64,000 bases of DNA, from contig DAORUN010000003.1 of the NCBI GenBank assembly GCA_035433205.1, positions 4,574 to 68,573 on the forward strand, written 5' to 3'. Under the pieces are notes generated by a model that was not told where the DNA came from, searched no databases, and saw only the letters and a program-made list of their open reading frames with translations. The position numbers were made by a program, and so were the translations under genes. The stretch is from Thermoflexales bacterium. GTDB taxonomy: Bacteria; Chloroflexota; Anaerolineae; J036; Brachytrichaceae. Positions 35,256 to 43,872 of the stretch are shown here, piece after piece (position 1 is the stretch's first letter; each line of letters begins with the position of its first letter).

Positions 35256-35293
35256 AAACCTCACAGGTCTCGCAGACCTGTGAGGTTTGTTTT
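35256..35293 (+). terminator. Rho-independent terminator after tRNA-Leu
   Basis: AAACCTCACAGGTCT-CGC-AGACCTGTGAGGTTT followed by GTTTT. It shares the GTCTCGCAGAC core with the 23828 and 28471 elements. Confidence 0.8.
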
Positions 35294-35302
35294 AGGAGTT
35301 TC

Positions 35303-37207
35303 ATGCTCACCCCAGTTCCCTTCACCAAGGTCAAATTCACCGATTCATTCTGGGCACCACGAATCCGCACCAACCGTGCCGTTACGCTCCCCATCGAATA
35401 CAAAATATGCGAGGAGACCGGGCGGCTGGGCGCGTTTGACTGGCGCAAGGGGCAGCCTCATGAGCCACATTGGTTCTGGGATAGCGATGCCGCCAAGTGG
35501 ATCGAGGCCGCATCCTACGCGCTGGCGGATGAACGCGACCCGCAAGTTGAAGCGCAAATTGACGCATACGCGGCCAGCCTCATCCGCAATCAGTTGCCAG
35601 ATGGTTACGCCAACTCGCGCTTCATCAATGTGGAGCCGGGCGCGCAATGGGCAAACCTGCGCGATGCCCATGAAATGTATTGCGCAGGCCATATGATTGA
35701 AGCAGCGGTGGCGTATTTTGAGGCGACCGGCAAGCGCGAGTTACTGGATGCGATGTGCCGCTATGCGGATCACATGATTGCCACATTTGGCCCAAACCCC
35801 GGCCAAAAGCGCGGATATTGCGGCCATCAGGAAATTGAGCTTGCGCTGATAAAACTTTATCGCGCCACCGGCCAGCGCAAATATCTTGACCTCGCCGCAT
35901 TCTTTATCAACGAGCGCGGACAAGGAACCAGCTTGCTTCACCCAGACAAGCCCGGCGCGCATGAACATTTTTATGATGTTGAGGCCAAAGCGCGAAACGC
36001 AGACCCAAGAGATTACTGGGCGAAGAATTACGAATATCTTCAGGCGCACAAGCCCGTGCGCGAGCAAACCGAGGTGGTTGGGCACGCTGTTCGCGCCATG
36101 TATATGCTTTGCGCAATGGCCGATTTGTCTGCCGAACTAAAAGATGACACCTTGCTCCACGCCTGCGAGGCGCTCTGGACACATTTGACCACGCGCCGGA
36201 TGTATGTGACCGGCGGCATCGGCTCTGGTGGTGCGAATGAGGGCTTTACCGCCGATTACGATTTGCCCGATGACACCGCATATTGCGAAACCTGCGCGGC
36301 GGTTGGGCTTGTGTTTTGGGCGCATCGCATGTTGCAGCTCACAGGCCAATCAAAATATGCCGACGTGATGGAACGCGCGTTGTATAACGGCGCGCTCGCG
36401 GGCATTTCGTTGGATGGGGCCGCGTTTTTCTATGCCAATCCCCTCAGCAGCGCGGGCAATGTGCTGCGGCAAGCGTGGTGGGACTGCGCCTGCTGCCCGC
36501 CAAACATTGCGCGGCTCATCGCCAGCGTATCGGGCTACCAATACTCCTCTTCGGGAGATGGCATTTGGGCGCATCTTTACGCGCAGGGCGAGGCCGAAAT
36601 GCGGGTGGGCCAAACGCCCGTGCGCGTAAGCCAGACCACAAATTATCCGTGGGATGGCGCAATTGCGCTTCGGTTGTCTCTGGAAAAACCTGCTGCCTTC
36701 GCTGTGCATCTTCGCATTCCAGACTGGTGCGATGGATTTCGGATATCCATCAACCAAAAACCAATAGCCAACACCCAATTGCAAGACGGCTATCTTGTTC
36801 TCTCTCGCCTCTGGGCCGATGGCGACACGATTGAGCTTGAGCTGAACATGCCCGCGCAATACGTGTATGCCAACCCAAACGTGCGTCAGGCGCTGGGGCA
36901 GGTGGCATTGCAACGTGGCCCGCTTATGTATTGCGTGGAGCAGGCCGACAATGGGGCGCAACTAGATCGCATCATTTTGCCATCTGTGCCAGATGGGTTT
37001 GCCGCTGCGCACGAGCCGGGTTTGCTGGGCGGCGTGACCGTTTTGCGTGGCGATGCCATCGCGCTGGATGAATCTTCGTGGGGTGGGGCGCTTTACCGCC
37101 ATGCCGCGCCATCGGCCAGCGCCAAACAAATTACTGCTGTGCCCTATTACGCGTGGGCTAACCGCGCCCCCGGCGAAATGCGCGTTTGGCTGCGAGCGCA
37201 GCCTTAG
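35303..37207 (+). CDS. Glycoside hydrolase family 127 (beta-L-arabinofuranosidase-like, DUF1680)
   Basis: MLTPVPFTKVKFTDSFWAPRIRTN N-terminus and the WWDCACCPPNIARL cysteine cluster are typical of GH127. An SD (AGGAG) lies upstream. Confidence 0.8.
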   Translation: MLTPVPFTKVKFTDSFWAPRIRTNRAVTLPIEYKICEETGRLGAFDWRKGQPHEPHWFWDSDAAKWIEAASYALADERDPQVEAQIDAYAASLIRNQLPDGYANSRFINVEPGAQWANLRDAHEMYCAGHMIEAAVAYFEATGKRELLDAMCRYADHMIATFGPNPGQKRGYCGHQEIELALIKLYRATGQRKYLDLAAFFINERGQGTSLLHPDKPGAHEHFYDVEAKARNADPRDYWAKNYEYLQAHKPVREQTEVVGHAVRAMYMLCAMADLSAELKDDTLLHACEALWTHLTTRRMYVTGGIGSGGANEGFTADYDLPDDTAYCETCAAVGLVFWAHRMLQLTGQSKYADVMERALYNGALAGISLDGAAFFYANPLSSAGNVLRQAWWDCACCPPNIARLIASVSGYQYSSSGDGIWAHLYAQGEAEMRVGQTPVRVSQTTNYPWDGAIALRLSLEKPAAFAVHLRIPDWCDGFRISINQKPIANTQLQDGYLVLSRLWADGDTIELELNMPAQYVYANPNVRQALGQVALQRGPLMYCVEQADNGAQLDRIILPSVPDGFAAAHEPGLLGGVTVLRGDAIALDESSWGGALYRHAAPSASAKQITAVPYYAWANRAPGEMRVWLRAQP

Positions 37208-37216
37208 CGCTCCAAA

Positions 37217-37247
37217 CAGATCAGACCGCTCCGAGCGGTCTGACCTG
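37217..37247. terminator. Hairpin between convergent GH127 and VOC genes
   Basis: TCAGACCGCT-ccg-AGCGGTCTGA, a 10-bp stem extended by CAG/CTG. Confidence 0.6.
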
Positions 37248-37250
37248 TAA

Positions 37251-37790
37251 TCACTTCTTCCGCTTAAACAAAATCTCGTAGGTGCGCATGGCCCCGGCCA
37301 GCGCGTTGCGCGGCTCTGTTTTTTTGGCGGTTGGGGTGATGGCTTTTGCGCCGCTTTGCCAATTGCTCCAGACAAACAGGCCCTCGCGCGGTGGCTCGCC
37401 CAGCATGGCGCGTAACTCCACCGAGTTGCCATCTGGATCAAGAAAATAAATGGCCGCCGCGGGCAACCACCCAATGACATACGGTTCATCGGTGGTGTTT
37501 CCAGCAAAATCCATCGTGGCAACGCCACGCGCGCGTAACCGAAGTGGCGCCGAGACCACATCCCCAATTTCTGCGTTCAGCGTGATTTGCGAGGTGGCGA
37601 TGAACGGCGAATTGCCCGTGCCCCATAATGCCAGTGTGAAGTCTTTGGTTTTGCCCAGCCACATCACAGCCATGTTTTGCGCGGGGTCTTCTTTGGCAAG
37701 TTCCAACCCAACGATATCGCGGTAAAACGCAACCGCCCGCGCTACATCCCGCACTTGCAAACTGGCTTCGCCCAAACCAAGAATTGACAT
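37251..37790 (-). CDS. VOC (glyoxalase/bleomycin-resistance/dioxygenase) family protein
   Basis: ILGLGEASLQVRDVARAVAFYRDIVGLEL is a VOC beta-alpha-beta-beta-beta module start. 179 aa. Confidence 0.7.
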   Translation of the reverse strand: MSILGLGEASLQVRDVARAVAFYRDIVGLELAKEDPAQNMAVMWLGKTKDFTLALWGTGNSPFIATSQITLNAEIGDVVSAPLRLRARGVATMDFAGNTTDEPYVIGWLPAAAIYFLDPDGNSVELRAMLGEPPREGLFVWSNWQSGAKAITPTAKKTEPRNALAGAMRTYEILFKRKK

Positions 37791-37797
37791 GGTTAAA

Positions 37798-37876
37798 GTG
37801 TAACCTGTAACGTGTAAAAGGTAACGGCGAGATGCGCTAATCAGCGCCCCATTAAACCTTACGTATTACAAATTAC
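37798..37876. repeat. GTAACnn-type tandem-unit element with inner GC hairpin
   Basis: GTAACCT GTAACGT GTAAAAG GTAACGG ... GCGCT-aatc-AGCGC ... CCTTAC GTATTAC AAATTAC. The 3' arm overlaps the last codons of ptsI. Confidence 0.55.
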
Positions 37877-39590
37877 TCAAATAATCCGTTACCGCGCGGG
37901 TGGAGGGCAGACTCATGGCATGTTGCGCCACCGCAACGCACTCCTGGCGCGAGAGTTTGCGCATGGCCTGCTTATGCGCCGGGATGCTGGTGGGCGACAT
38001 GCTGAACTCATCCATGCCCATGCCCAGCAAAAGCGGCGCGGCCAAAATATCGCCGCCCAGCTCGCCGCAAATACCGCACCATTTGCCATGCGCGTGAGCC
38101 GCCTCAATGCTCATTGCGATGAGTTTTAGCACCGCCGGGTTATACGGGCTGGCGAGTTTTGCCACTTTGGCGTTGCCGCGATCCACCGCCAGCGTGTATT
38201 GGGTCAGGTCATTTGTGCCAATGCTGAAAAAATCCACATGTTGCGCAAAATGATGCGAGAGCAGCGCCACACTGGGCACTTCGACCATGATGCCAAACTG
38301 CATCTTCTCGGCAAACGGCACGCGCTCGGAGCGCAATTGTTCTTTGGCATGCTCCAGCAAAGCGCGCCCTCGCTCCACCTCCATCATGTTGCACACCATT
38401 GGCAGCATAATCCGCAAATCGTGTTTGATGGAGCTGTCATCGGCGCACGCTCGCAGCAAAGCGCGGAACTGCGCCAGATAAATATCCTCGCGCCCATCCA
38501 CCATACGGATGGCCCGCCAGCCCAAAAATGGGTTGTCTTCTTTCTCAATACTCAAATACGGCACATCTTTATCGCCGCCCACATCCAACATGCGCACCAC
38601 AAATGGCCGCCCGTTCAGCACCCGCGCAATATCGTGATAAATCTCGACCTGTTCGTCCTCGGTGGGCATGGTGTCTCTGTCCATAAACAGAAACTCGGTG
38701 CGAAACAAGCCCACGCCCTCCGCGCCGTTATCAATTGCCTGGATGGCATCCTTGAGGCCGCCAATATTTGCAACCGTTTCCACGCGGTGGTTATCGGTGG
38801 TGATGGATGGCTGGTGCGCCAAAACCTGCGCCGATGCCCGCGTGCTCAGCCATTTACCGCGCTTGTCTTGCGCGGCGTTCAACTGCGCCTGATCTGGGGC
38901 TAACGTCAATGTGCCCAGATCGCCATCCAGCACGGCCAATTCACCCGGCTCAACCCCATCCAACGCAGAAATAGCCGCGCTGACTACCGCCGGAACGCCC
39001 AAGCCGCGCGAGAGAATTGCCACGTGCGATGTTGGCCCGCCGCGCATGGTGCAAATACCAAGCACGTTTTCGCGCTCAAATTGAATCGTGTCGCTGGGGG
39101 TCAAATCCAGCGCCACAATAATGCTGGGCTGGGTGAGTGTGCTTATATCATCGGTGCGCCCCAGCGCGTTGCGCGTGAGCCGTCCGCCCACATCGCGAAT
39201 GTCGGCGGCGCGAGCGCGAAAATATTCGTCATCCAGCGCCAGCAACATCTCGGCATATTGCTCGGTGGCCTGGTTGATGGCTACCTCGGCGGGCAGGGCA
39301 TCATTCGCCACCCCGTTTTTGATCGCGCCGATAAATTCCTCGTCCTCCAGAAATAGCTGGTGCGCTTCAAAAATGGCGGCCTGCTCTGCGCCAACGCGGG
39401 CGATGGCGCGCGCATGGAGTTCAATCAATTGCGCCCGGGTCTGGCCAATGGCCGCGTCTACCCGCGCCCACTCCACCAGCGGGCCTTCGCTGGCGCGGGT
39501 TGTCTCTTGCACATCCACGTGCCGAAAAACCCACACCGGCCCAACAGCCACGCCCGGCGCGGCGGCGATGCCTTGAAATTGATTTTCCAT
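37866..39590 (-). CDS. ptsI: Phosphoenolpyruvate-protein phosphotransferase (PTS Enzyme I)
   Basis: GIAAAPGVAVGPVW, GGPTSHVAILSRGLGVPAVV (active-site His) and the C-terminal FFSIGTNDLTQY...CGELGGD. The tracked start at 39599 is GTG and the ATG at 39590 was used. Confidence 0.9.
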   Translation of the reverse strand: MENQFQGIAAAPGVAVGPVWVFRHVDVQETTRASEGPLVEWARVDAAIGQTRAQLIELHARAIARVGAEQAAIFEAHQLFLEDEEFIGAIKNGVANDALPAEVAINQATEQYAEMLLALDDEYFRARAADIRDVGGRLTRNALGRTDDISTLTQPSIIVALDLTPSDTIQFERENVLGICTMRGGPTSHVAILSRGLGVPAVVSAAISALDGVEPGELAVLDGDLGTLTLAPDQAQLNAAQDKRGKWLSTRASAQVLAHQPSITTDNHRVETVANIGGLKDAIQAIDNGAEGVGLFRTEFLFMDRDTMPTEDEQVEIYHDIARVLNGRPFVVRMLDVGGDKDVPYLSIEKEDNPFLGWRAIRMVDGREDIYLAQFRALLRACADDSSIKHDLRIMLPMVCNMMEVERGRALLEHAKEQLRSERVPFAEKMQFGIMVEVPSVALLSHHFAQHVDFFSIGTNDLTQYTLAVDRGNAKVAKLASPYNPAVLKLIAMSIEAAHAHGKWCGICGELGGDILAAPLLLGMGMDEFSMSPTSIPAHKQAMRKLSRQECVAVAQHAMSLPSTRAVTDYLSNL

Positions 39591-39601
39591 TCTTTGCACT
39601 T

Positions 39602-39871
39602 CTAATCAAAATTGCTTTCAATCAACCCGCGCAAAGCGGCAATGGCTTCTTCTTCGCGTTCGCCAGTGGCGATCACCTCAATCCGCTGACCCTTAACCAC
39701 GCCTTGTGTCAAAACCATCACCATGCTTTTGGCGTTCACCGCTTTTTTATCGCGGTCCAGGTTGCGCAGGGTGATGGCGCACGGGAAGGATGTGGCGGCC
39801 TTGACAAATGTTGCGGCTGGCCGCGCGTGCAGCCCGGCCTCGTGATTAACGGTGAGTATTGCGGTTGCCAT
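39602..39871 (-). CDS. ptsH: Phosphocarrier protein HPr
   Basis: 89 aa. GLHARPA (His15 block) and NAKSMVMV (Ser46 block). Confidence 0.9.
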   Translation of the reverse strand: MATAILTVNHEAGLHARPAATFVKAATSFPCAITLRNLDRDKKAVNAKSMVMVLTQGVVKGQRIEVIATGEREEEAIAALRGLIESNFD

Positions 39872-39881
39872 GTTTTTACAA

Positions 39882-39914
39882 AGCGCCCGGAGCAGTTGAA
39901 CCGCTCCGGGCGCT
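39882..39914. repeat. CGCCCGGAGC-family hairpin inside the PTS gene array
   Basis: AGCGCCCGGAGC-agttgaacc-GCTCCGGGCGCT, a 12-bp perfect stem between the oxidoreductase stop and the ptsH start. Confidence 0.75.
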
Positions 39915-39921
39915 AAATGTT

Positions 39922-41205
39922 TTATAACGCGTCCTGCTCGCGGCGCAGTTTCACAATTGTCTGGGTTTCGTTCAAATCAATATCGGCGTAGCGGATGGGC
40001 TGGCCTTTGGCGACGGCGTGTTTTATCACCCCGCCCACCGCCAGACCCAGCGGCAACTGATCACCCTTGCGGGCCACATCCGCCCGTTCAATCATCCCGT
40101 AAACGGTGAACCCGCCCAACGCGTCAACTTTGTCGCCGGGGTTCAAATCGCGTTTGGCGTAGGCAATCGTCTCGGCCACAAACGGGTGCTCGGTGGCGAG
40201 CGTGGCCTCGCCGTAAATCACCGCCCGCACAATTGACATTGGCGTTTCAAGGTTGGCCAGGTGATACGGGCGATACAACGCCCAGTTATTGCCATGCCCA
40301 TTCAGCCGCAAATACTTCAGGTCTTTGATGATTTTGGGCTGGTCGGTGGTGATGATGACAAATACGCCGGGCGCAACGCTGCCCACCGCGTAATCCACCA
40401 CTTTTGTGCCTTTCAAAATGCCGCCCTCGCTCTGAGGAACAAACACTTTGGCCAGGTCCTTTACTTCGCAGGCTGGGCCATGCGCCCCGGTGATTTCTGG
40501 CGGAAACCCCAGGCCGTTGCCAATCGAGGTCATCTCCACCATTGTCTTGGTGCCATCCACAAACGAGCACAGCATTTTGGGGCTCATTTGTTGCTCGGCG
40601 GCGCGGGCGGCGCAGGTGTCTGGCGTGGCGGTGCGGTCAAGCGGGTTGTTCTTGCCCTTGCCCACCATCACGATGTCAAACCCAAGCACGTCGGCAAAAT
40701 CGTAAATTTCCTTGATCGCGCCCGGCTCATCGCCCGCGGCCAGCGAATAAATAACGCCAGCTTCTTTGGCCTTGCGGTTCAAAATATAGCCAACGGTCGC
40801 ATCGGTCTCCACATTCATGTTAATGATGTGCTTCCCCGCCTGAATGGCCGCCAGACAAACTTTTGCGCCAACCTCCGGCACGCCAGTCGCCTCCACGATC
40901 ACGTCCACATTTTCAATTCGCGCCATCTCATCGGCGTTATTCATTGCCACACGCCCGCTTTGGCGGATGTGATCTGCGGCGGCTTTGGCATCGTTGATTT
41001 CCTTCACGCTGGCCTTTACCGAGGCTTCTACAAAGCTGGCCGCGGGGCGCCCGGGCACTACATCGGCCACCGCCACCACCTGCGCGCCTTCCATCCGCTC
41101 AATTTGGCTGATGAGACCCGTGCCCATTTGGCCCGCGCCCACCAACCCCACGCGAAGAGGACCTTGCTTTGCCGCGCGTTCGCGCAATTTGTCTTTTAAC
41201 GCCAT
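39922..41205 (-). CDS. NAD(P)-binding oxidoreductase with C-terminal SAF-like domain (homoserine-dehydrogenase-like, COG4091-type)
   Basis: LRVGLVGAGQMGTGL Rossmann N-terminus, 427 aa, with a C-terminal beta-clip-like region (DLNPGDKVDALGGFTVYG). It lies 6 nt downstream of srlB. Confidence 0.55.
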   Translation of the reverse strand: MALKDKLRERAAKQGPLRVGLVGAGQMGTGLISQIERMEGAQVVAVADVVPGRPAASFVEASVKASVKEINDAKAAADHIRQSGRVAMNNADEMARIENVDVIVEATGVPEVGAKVCLAAIQAGKHIINMNVETDATVGYILNRKAKEAGVIYSLAAGDEPGAIKEIYDFADVLGFDIVMVGKGKNNPLDRTATPDTCAARAAEQQMSPKMLCSFVDGTKTMVEMTSIGNGLGFPPEITGAHGPACEVKDLAKVFVPQSEGGILKGTKVVDYAVGSVAPGVFVIITTDQPKIIKDLKYLRLNGHGNNWALYRPYHLANLETPMSIVRAVIYGEATLATEHPFVAETIAYAKRDLNPGDKVDALGGFTVYGMIERADVARKGDQLPLGLAVGGVIKHAVAKGQPIRYADIDLNETQTIVKLRREQDAL

Positions 41206-41211
41206 GATTTT

Positions 41212-41577
41212 TTATTTCCCTCCCAAAATTGCAAACCGCATTCCCACATCCACATTGGGTAATGGCTGCGCTTCCACGCATACATCGCCGGGCAATTCAA
41301 CCTCGGTTTCTCCGCTTGCCTTTAACACCAAATGCCCCAAATTAGATAAATTGGAATTCGCAACCGGCCCAACCGCCAGCACTTTCAAGTGAGTCTCACC
41401 CAAAACAACCACATCCCCAGGCGCAATTTCGCCACGCATGGGCGAACCTTTATGCACCACGGCCACTTCGGCCAGTTCATCCGGGGCGCCTTCGCCAAAA
41501 AACACCAGCACCCCGGCGCTTACAAATTCTTCGAGCAGGCTGCCTATGCCAGTGACCGTGCGTTCATATTTGACCAT
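41212..41577 (-). CDS. srlB: PTS glucitol/sorbitol-specific EIIA component
   Basis: 121 aa. MVKYERTVTGIGSLLEEF...VFFGEGAPDELAEVAVVH parallels the SrlB N-terminus and His block. Confidence 0.8.
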   Translation of the reverse strand: MVKYERTVTGIGSLLEEFVSAGVLVFFGEGAPDELAEVAVVHKGSPMRGEIAPGDVVVLGETHLKVLAVGPVANSNLSNLGHLVLKASGETEVELPGDVCVEAQPLPNVDVGMRFAILGGK

Positions 41578-41585
41578 ATTGGCCT

Positions 41586-41957
41586 CTATGCTGGTGTAAT
41601 GTCATCCAGCCGCACGCCAGAGCAAAAATACTGCTCGGTGATAAATCGGAACAACGGGCCAGAGGGCGAGGTGGGATAAATATCAATCGTCAACACCTTC
41701 TTCATGGGGTAAACACCCACGCGGGCCGTGCCGCCGCAATCAATGATGACGCACGCCATCGCCTCAAACGCCACCTTGGTCTTAAAGCCATCCACCGCCT
41801 CGCAGCCGGTCAGGTCGGCAATTTTTTGCGCAAGGGGATGAATCCCGCCACCGGTCACCGAGACCACCTTGTCCTTGCCCGGTTTCGGGTCAATCAAAAA
41901 CGGGCCGCCCCATCCCTTTGGGCCTTTAACCACTTTTACTTTTTTATATTCAGCCAT
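41586..41957 (-). CDS. srlE: PTS glucitol EIIB domain (N-terminal half of SrlE) as a separate gene
   Basis: The ATG at 41957 is preceded by AAGGAG. KGPKGWGGPF...IIDCGGTARVGVYP matches the SrlE N-terminal domain, including the phospho-Cys block, as I recall the E. coli protein. Confidence 0.8.
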   Translation of the reverse strand: MAEYKKVKVVKGPKGWGGPFLIDPKPGKDKVVSVTGGGIHPLAQKIADLTGCEAVDGFKTKVAFEAMACVIIDCGGTARVGVYPMKKVLTIDIYPTSPSGPLFRFITEQYFCSGVRLDDITPA

Positions 41958-41971
41958 TTTTCTCCTTATTG

Positions 41972-42040
41972 ATTGCATTGATTGCTAGTTGCTGGCTGCC
42001 AGCGGGTTAACCACTAGCAATCAGCAACTAGCAACTAGCC
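41972..42040. repeat. AGCAACT-type tandem-unit hairpin between the two srlE halves
   Basis: TGCTAGTTGCTG (41983-41994) is complementary to CAGCAACTAGCA (42022-42033). The 3' arm reads ACTAGCA ATCAGCA ACTAGCA ACTAGCC. Confidence 0.75.
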
Positions 42041-42045
42041 ATTAC

Positions 42046-42585
42046 TTAAGCATACAGCCCAATGCTGGCAACCCACGCAATAATTACCGAGATTGGCCCG
42101 GTAATAAGACGCGAGAACAGCACGGCGGGCACGCCCGTCTCCACTGTCTCTGGCTCGGCTTCGCCCAGCGCCAAACCCACTGGGATGAAGTCGCAGCCCA
42201 CTTGCGGGTTGATGGCGAACAGCGCGGGCAGCGCCAGCGATGGCGCAATCTTGCCCTGGCCGATTTGCACGCCCAGCAACGTTCCAATCACCTGCGCGAT
42301 GACGGCGCCCGGCCCCAGCAGCGGCGAGAGCACCGGCAACCCGATGATGAGCGACATGATGATCAAGCCAATGGGGTTGTTGGCCAGACCAGACAGCGCG
42401 TTGGCAAGCCAGTTGCCCACACCCGTCTTCAGAATAATGCCAATGACCAGCGAGATGAAGGCCATAAACGGCAGAACGTTCTTAATCACCTGATCAATGC
42501 TATCGCGGCCAGACTGATACAACACGCCGACTACGCGACCAACCGAGCGACCAATCTTTTCCAGCAATTTTGTAAGTGCTTGCAT
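42046..42585 (-). CDS. srlE: PTS glucitol EIIC2 membrane domain (C-terminal half of SrlE) as a separate gene
   Basis: [23 protein letters not shown]...[16 protein letters not shown]...[21 protein letters not shown] matches the SrlE C-terminal membrane domain. An SD (AGGAG) lies upstream. Confidence 0.8.
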   Translation of the reverse strand: MQALTKLLEKIGRSVGRVVGVLYQSGRDSIDQVIKNVLPFMAFISLVIGIILKTGVGNWLANALSGLANNPIGLIIMSLIIGLPVLSPLLGPGAVIAQVIGTLLGVQIGQGKIAPSLALPALFAINPQVGCDFIPVGLALGEAEPETVETGVPAVLFSRLITGPISVIIAWVASIGLYA

Positions 42586-42616
42586 GATTTTGTATTTCTC
42601 CTGTTTAGATCAGGCA

Positions 42617-43159
42617 TTACGCCGAAGCTGGTGTTCTGTTGGCAGACATGCGGTTGTAAAGCCATTCTGTTACCAAACCACGAATGAAGATGACGACAAA
42701 ACCTACGAGCATGTAGCGCACGGCCAGATCGCCCAGCGCCAAACCCTTGTCTGTGATGCCCTTGGCAATGCCAGCCCACACAAACAACTCACCTGGGTTG
42801 ACATGCGGGAAGATGCCCAGCGGCGGGTGCACAAACGACACAGCCGCATCATAAAACGCGGGCTTCAGGCGCTCTGGCAAAAAGCGACCCATCGTATACG
42901 CCATTGGGTTGGTGAAGAAGAACACCGCCACAAACGGCAGAATTGTGTAGCGAACCAGCGTTGGCAGAATGCCCGGCTTGCCCGCGTAGCGGCCAATGCC
43001 TTCAATGCGCTCTGTGCCAATCAACGCGATCAACGCATTCACGGCTGTCATCAGCACGATGAGCAAAGGAATGATGCCGGAGACGAGGCTGACGAAAACC
43101 TCGCCGCCTTTCTGGAAAAGACCGATAAAGTCGGTAGCAAGTTGTGCTAGAAAACCCAT
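42617..43159 (-). CDS. srlA: PTS glucitol EIIC1 component
   Basis: FIGLFQKGGEVF...NPMAYTMGRFLPE...FPHVNPGELFVWAGIA are SrlA signatures. An SD (AGGAGG) lies upstream. Confidence 0.85.
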   Translation of the reverse strand: MGFLAQLATDFIGLFQKGGEVFVSLVSGIIPLLIVLMTAVNALIALIGTERIEGIGRYAGKPGILPTLVRYTILPFVAVFFFTNPMAYTMGRFLPERLKPAFYDAAVSFVHPPLGIFPHVNPGELFVWAGIAKGITDKGLALGDLAVRYMLVGFVVIFIRGLVTEWLYNRMSANRTPASA

Positions 43160-43276
43160 TACGAACCTCCTGAGAGACGAAAATTATTGTGATTGATTAA
43201 GTTATTTCTCTTAGGTCGCGCAATCCGCTCCTGGCGTTCGCCGCGCGTGCGACGCCGTGTTAAAAAAACAATATTC

Positions 43277-43786
43277 TTAAGTTACAGGCAAAACCACCTC
43301 CTGAGCAAAATGCCCCACGTCGGCGGTCTTGCTTTCCCCGCTTCTTTCTTCATTGGATGCAACAACGTTGACCGGCTTTCCCACTTCAACGGGTTTATCT
43401 AAGTGATCACGCAAATACTGCGCGGCGGCGCAGGCCGCGCCCCATACATTTTTGCCCACGCCTTTGGGTATCTCGCCGCCAGCCCAAATATCATCCACAT
43501 GCAGCCCAATCATTTGTTTGATGGGTTTAAGACTGGCAAAAACCGTAATGCCGCTGAGTTGCTCGGCGGTCTTCACGTTCAGCCCCTCATCCAACACAAG
43601 CACAACATACGTGCGGGTGCGAACGCGATTGCCGCTCATGCCGGTGGCGGTCAGACCGGTCTTGCGCAATTTGGCAATGCGCCCGTAATACCGCCTCATC
43701 TGCATAAAAGACAGCCCAAATTGCAGCAGCCACATCACACCAAGCGCAATGCCCAGCACCACCCAGTTTTCGCTGTTATTTGTCAT
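43277..43786 (-). CDS. gutM: GutM-like glucitol operon activator (with C-terminal extension)
   Basis: An N-terminal TM helix is followed by LQFGLSFMQMRRYYGRIAKLRKTG...TYVVLVLD...GITVFA, which resembles GutM. 169 aa versus the ~120 aa typical for this family. An SD (GGAGA) lies upstream. Confidence 0.65.
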   Translation of the reverse strand: MTNNSENWVVLGIALGVMWLLQFGLSFMQMRRYYGRIAKLRKTGLTATGMSGNRVRTRTYVVLVLDEGLNVKTAEQLSGITVFASLKPIKQMIGLHVDDIWAGGEIPKGVGKNVWGAACAAAQYLRDHLDKPVEVGKPVNVVASNEERSGESKTADVGHFAQEVVLPVT

Positions 43787-43812
43787 TCGTTCTCCGTGTT
43801 ACTTTTCGTCTT

Positions 43813-43860
43813 AGCGCTCTGGGCGTTCAGCCGAACTTGTTCGGACACGCCCGGAGCGCT
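43813..43860. repeat. CGCCCGGAGC-family nested hairpin between E2 and gutM
   Basis: AGCGCTCTGGGCGT ... CCGAAC-tt-GTTCGG ... ACGCCCGGAGCGCT. The outer arms are 13/14 complementary. Confidence 0.7.
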
Positions 43861-43872
43861 GGTCGGCGTTTT

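Noticed and set aside
43160-43276. PTS antiterminator (RAT-like) target or attenuator in the 117-nt gutM-srlA spacer
   Set aside because: It contains only a short GGCGT...ACGCC stem. No BglG/LicT-type antiterminator gene is present, and I saw no recognisable RAT sequence.
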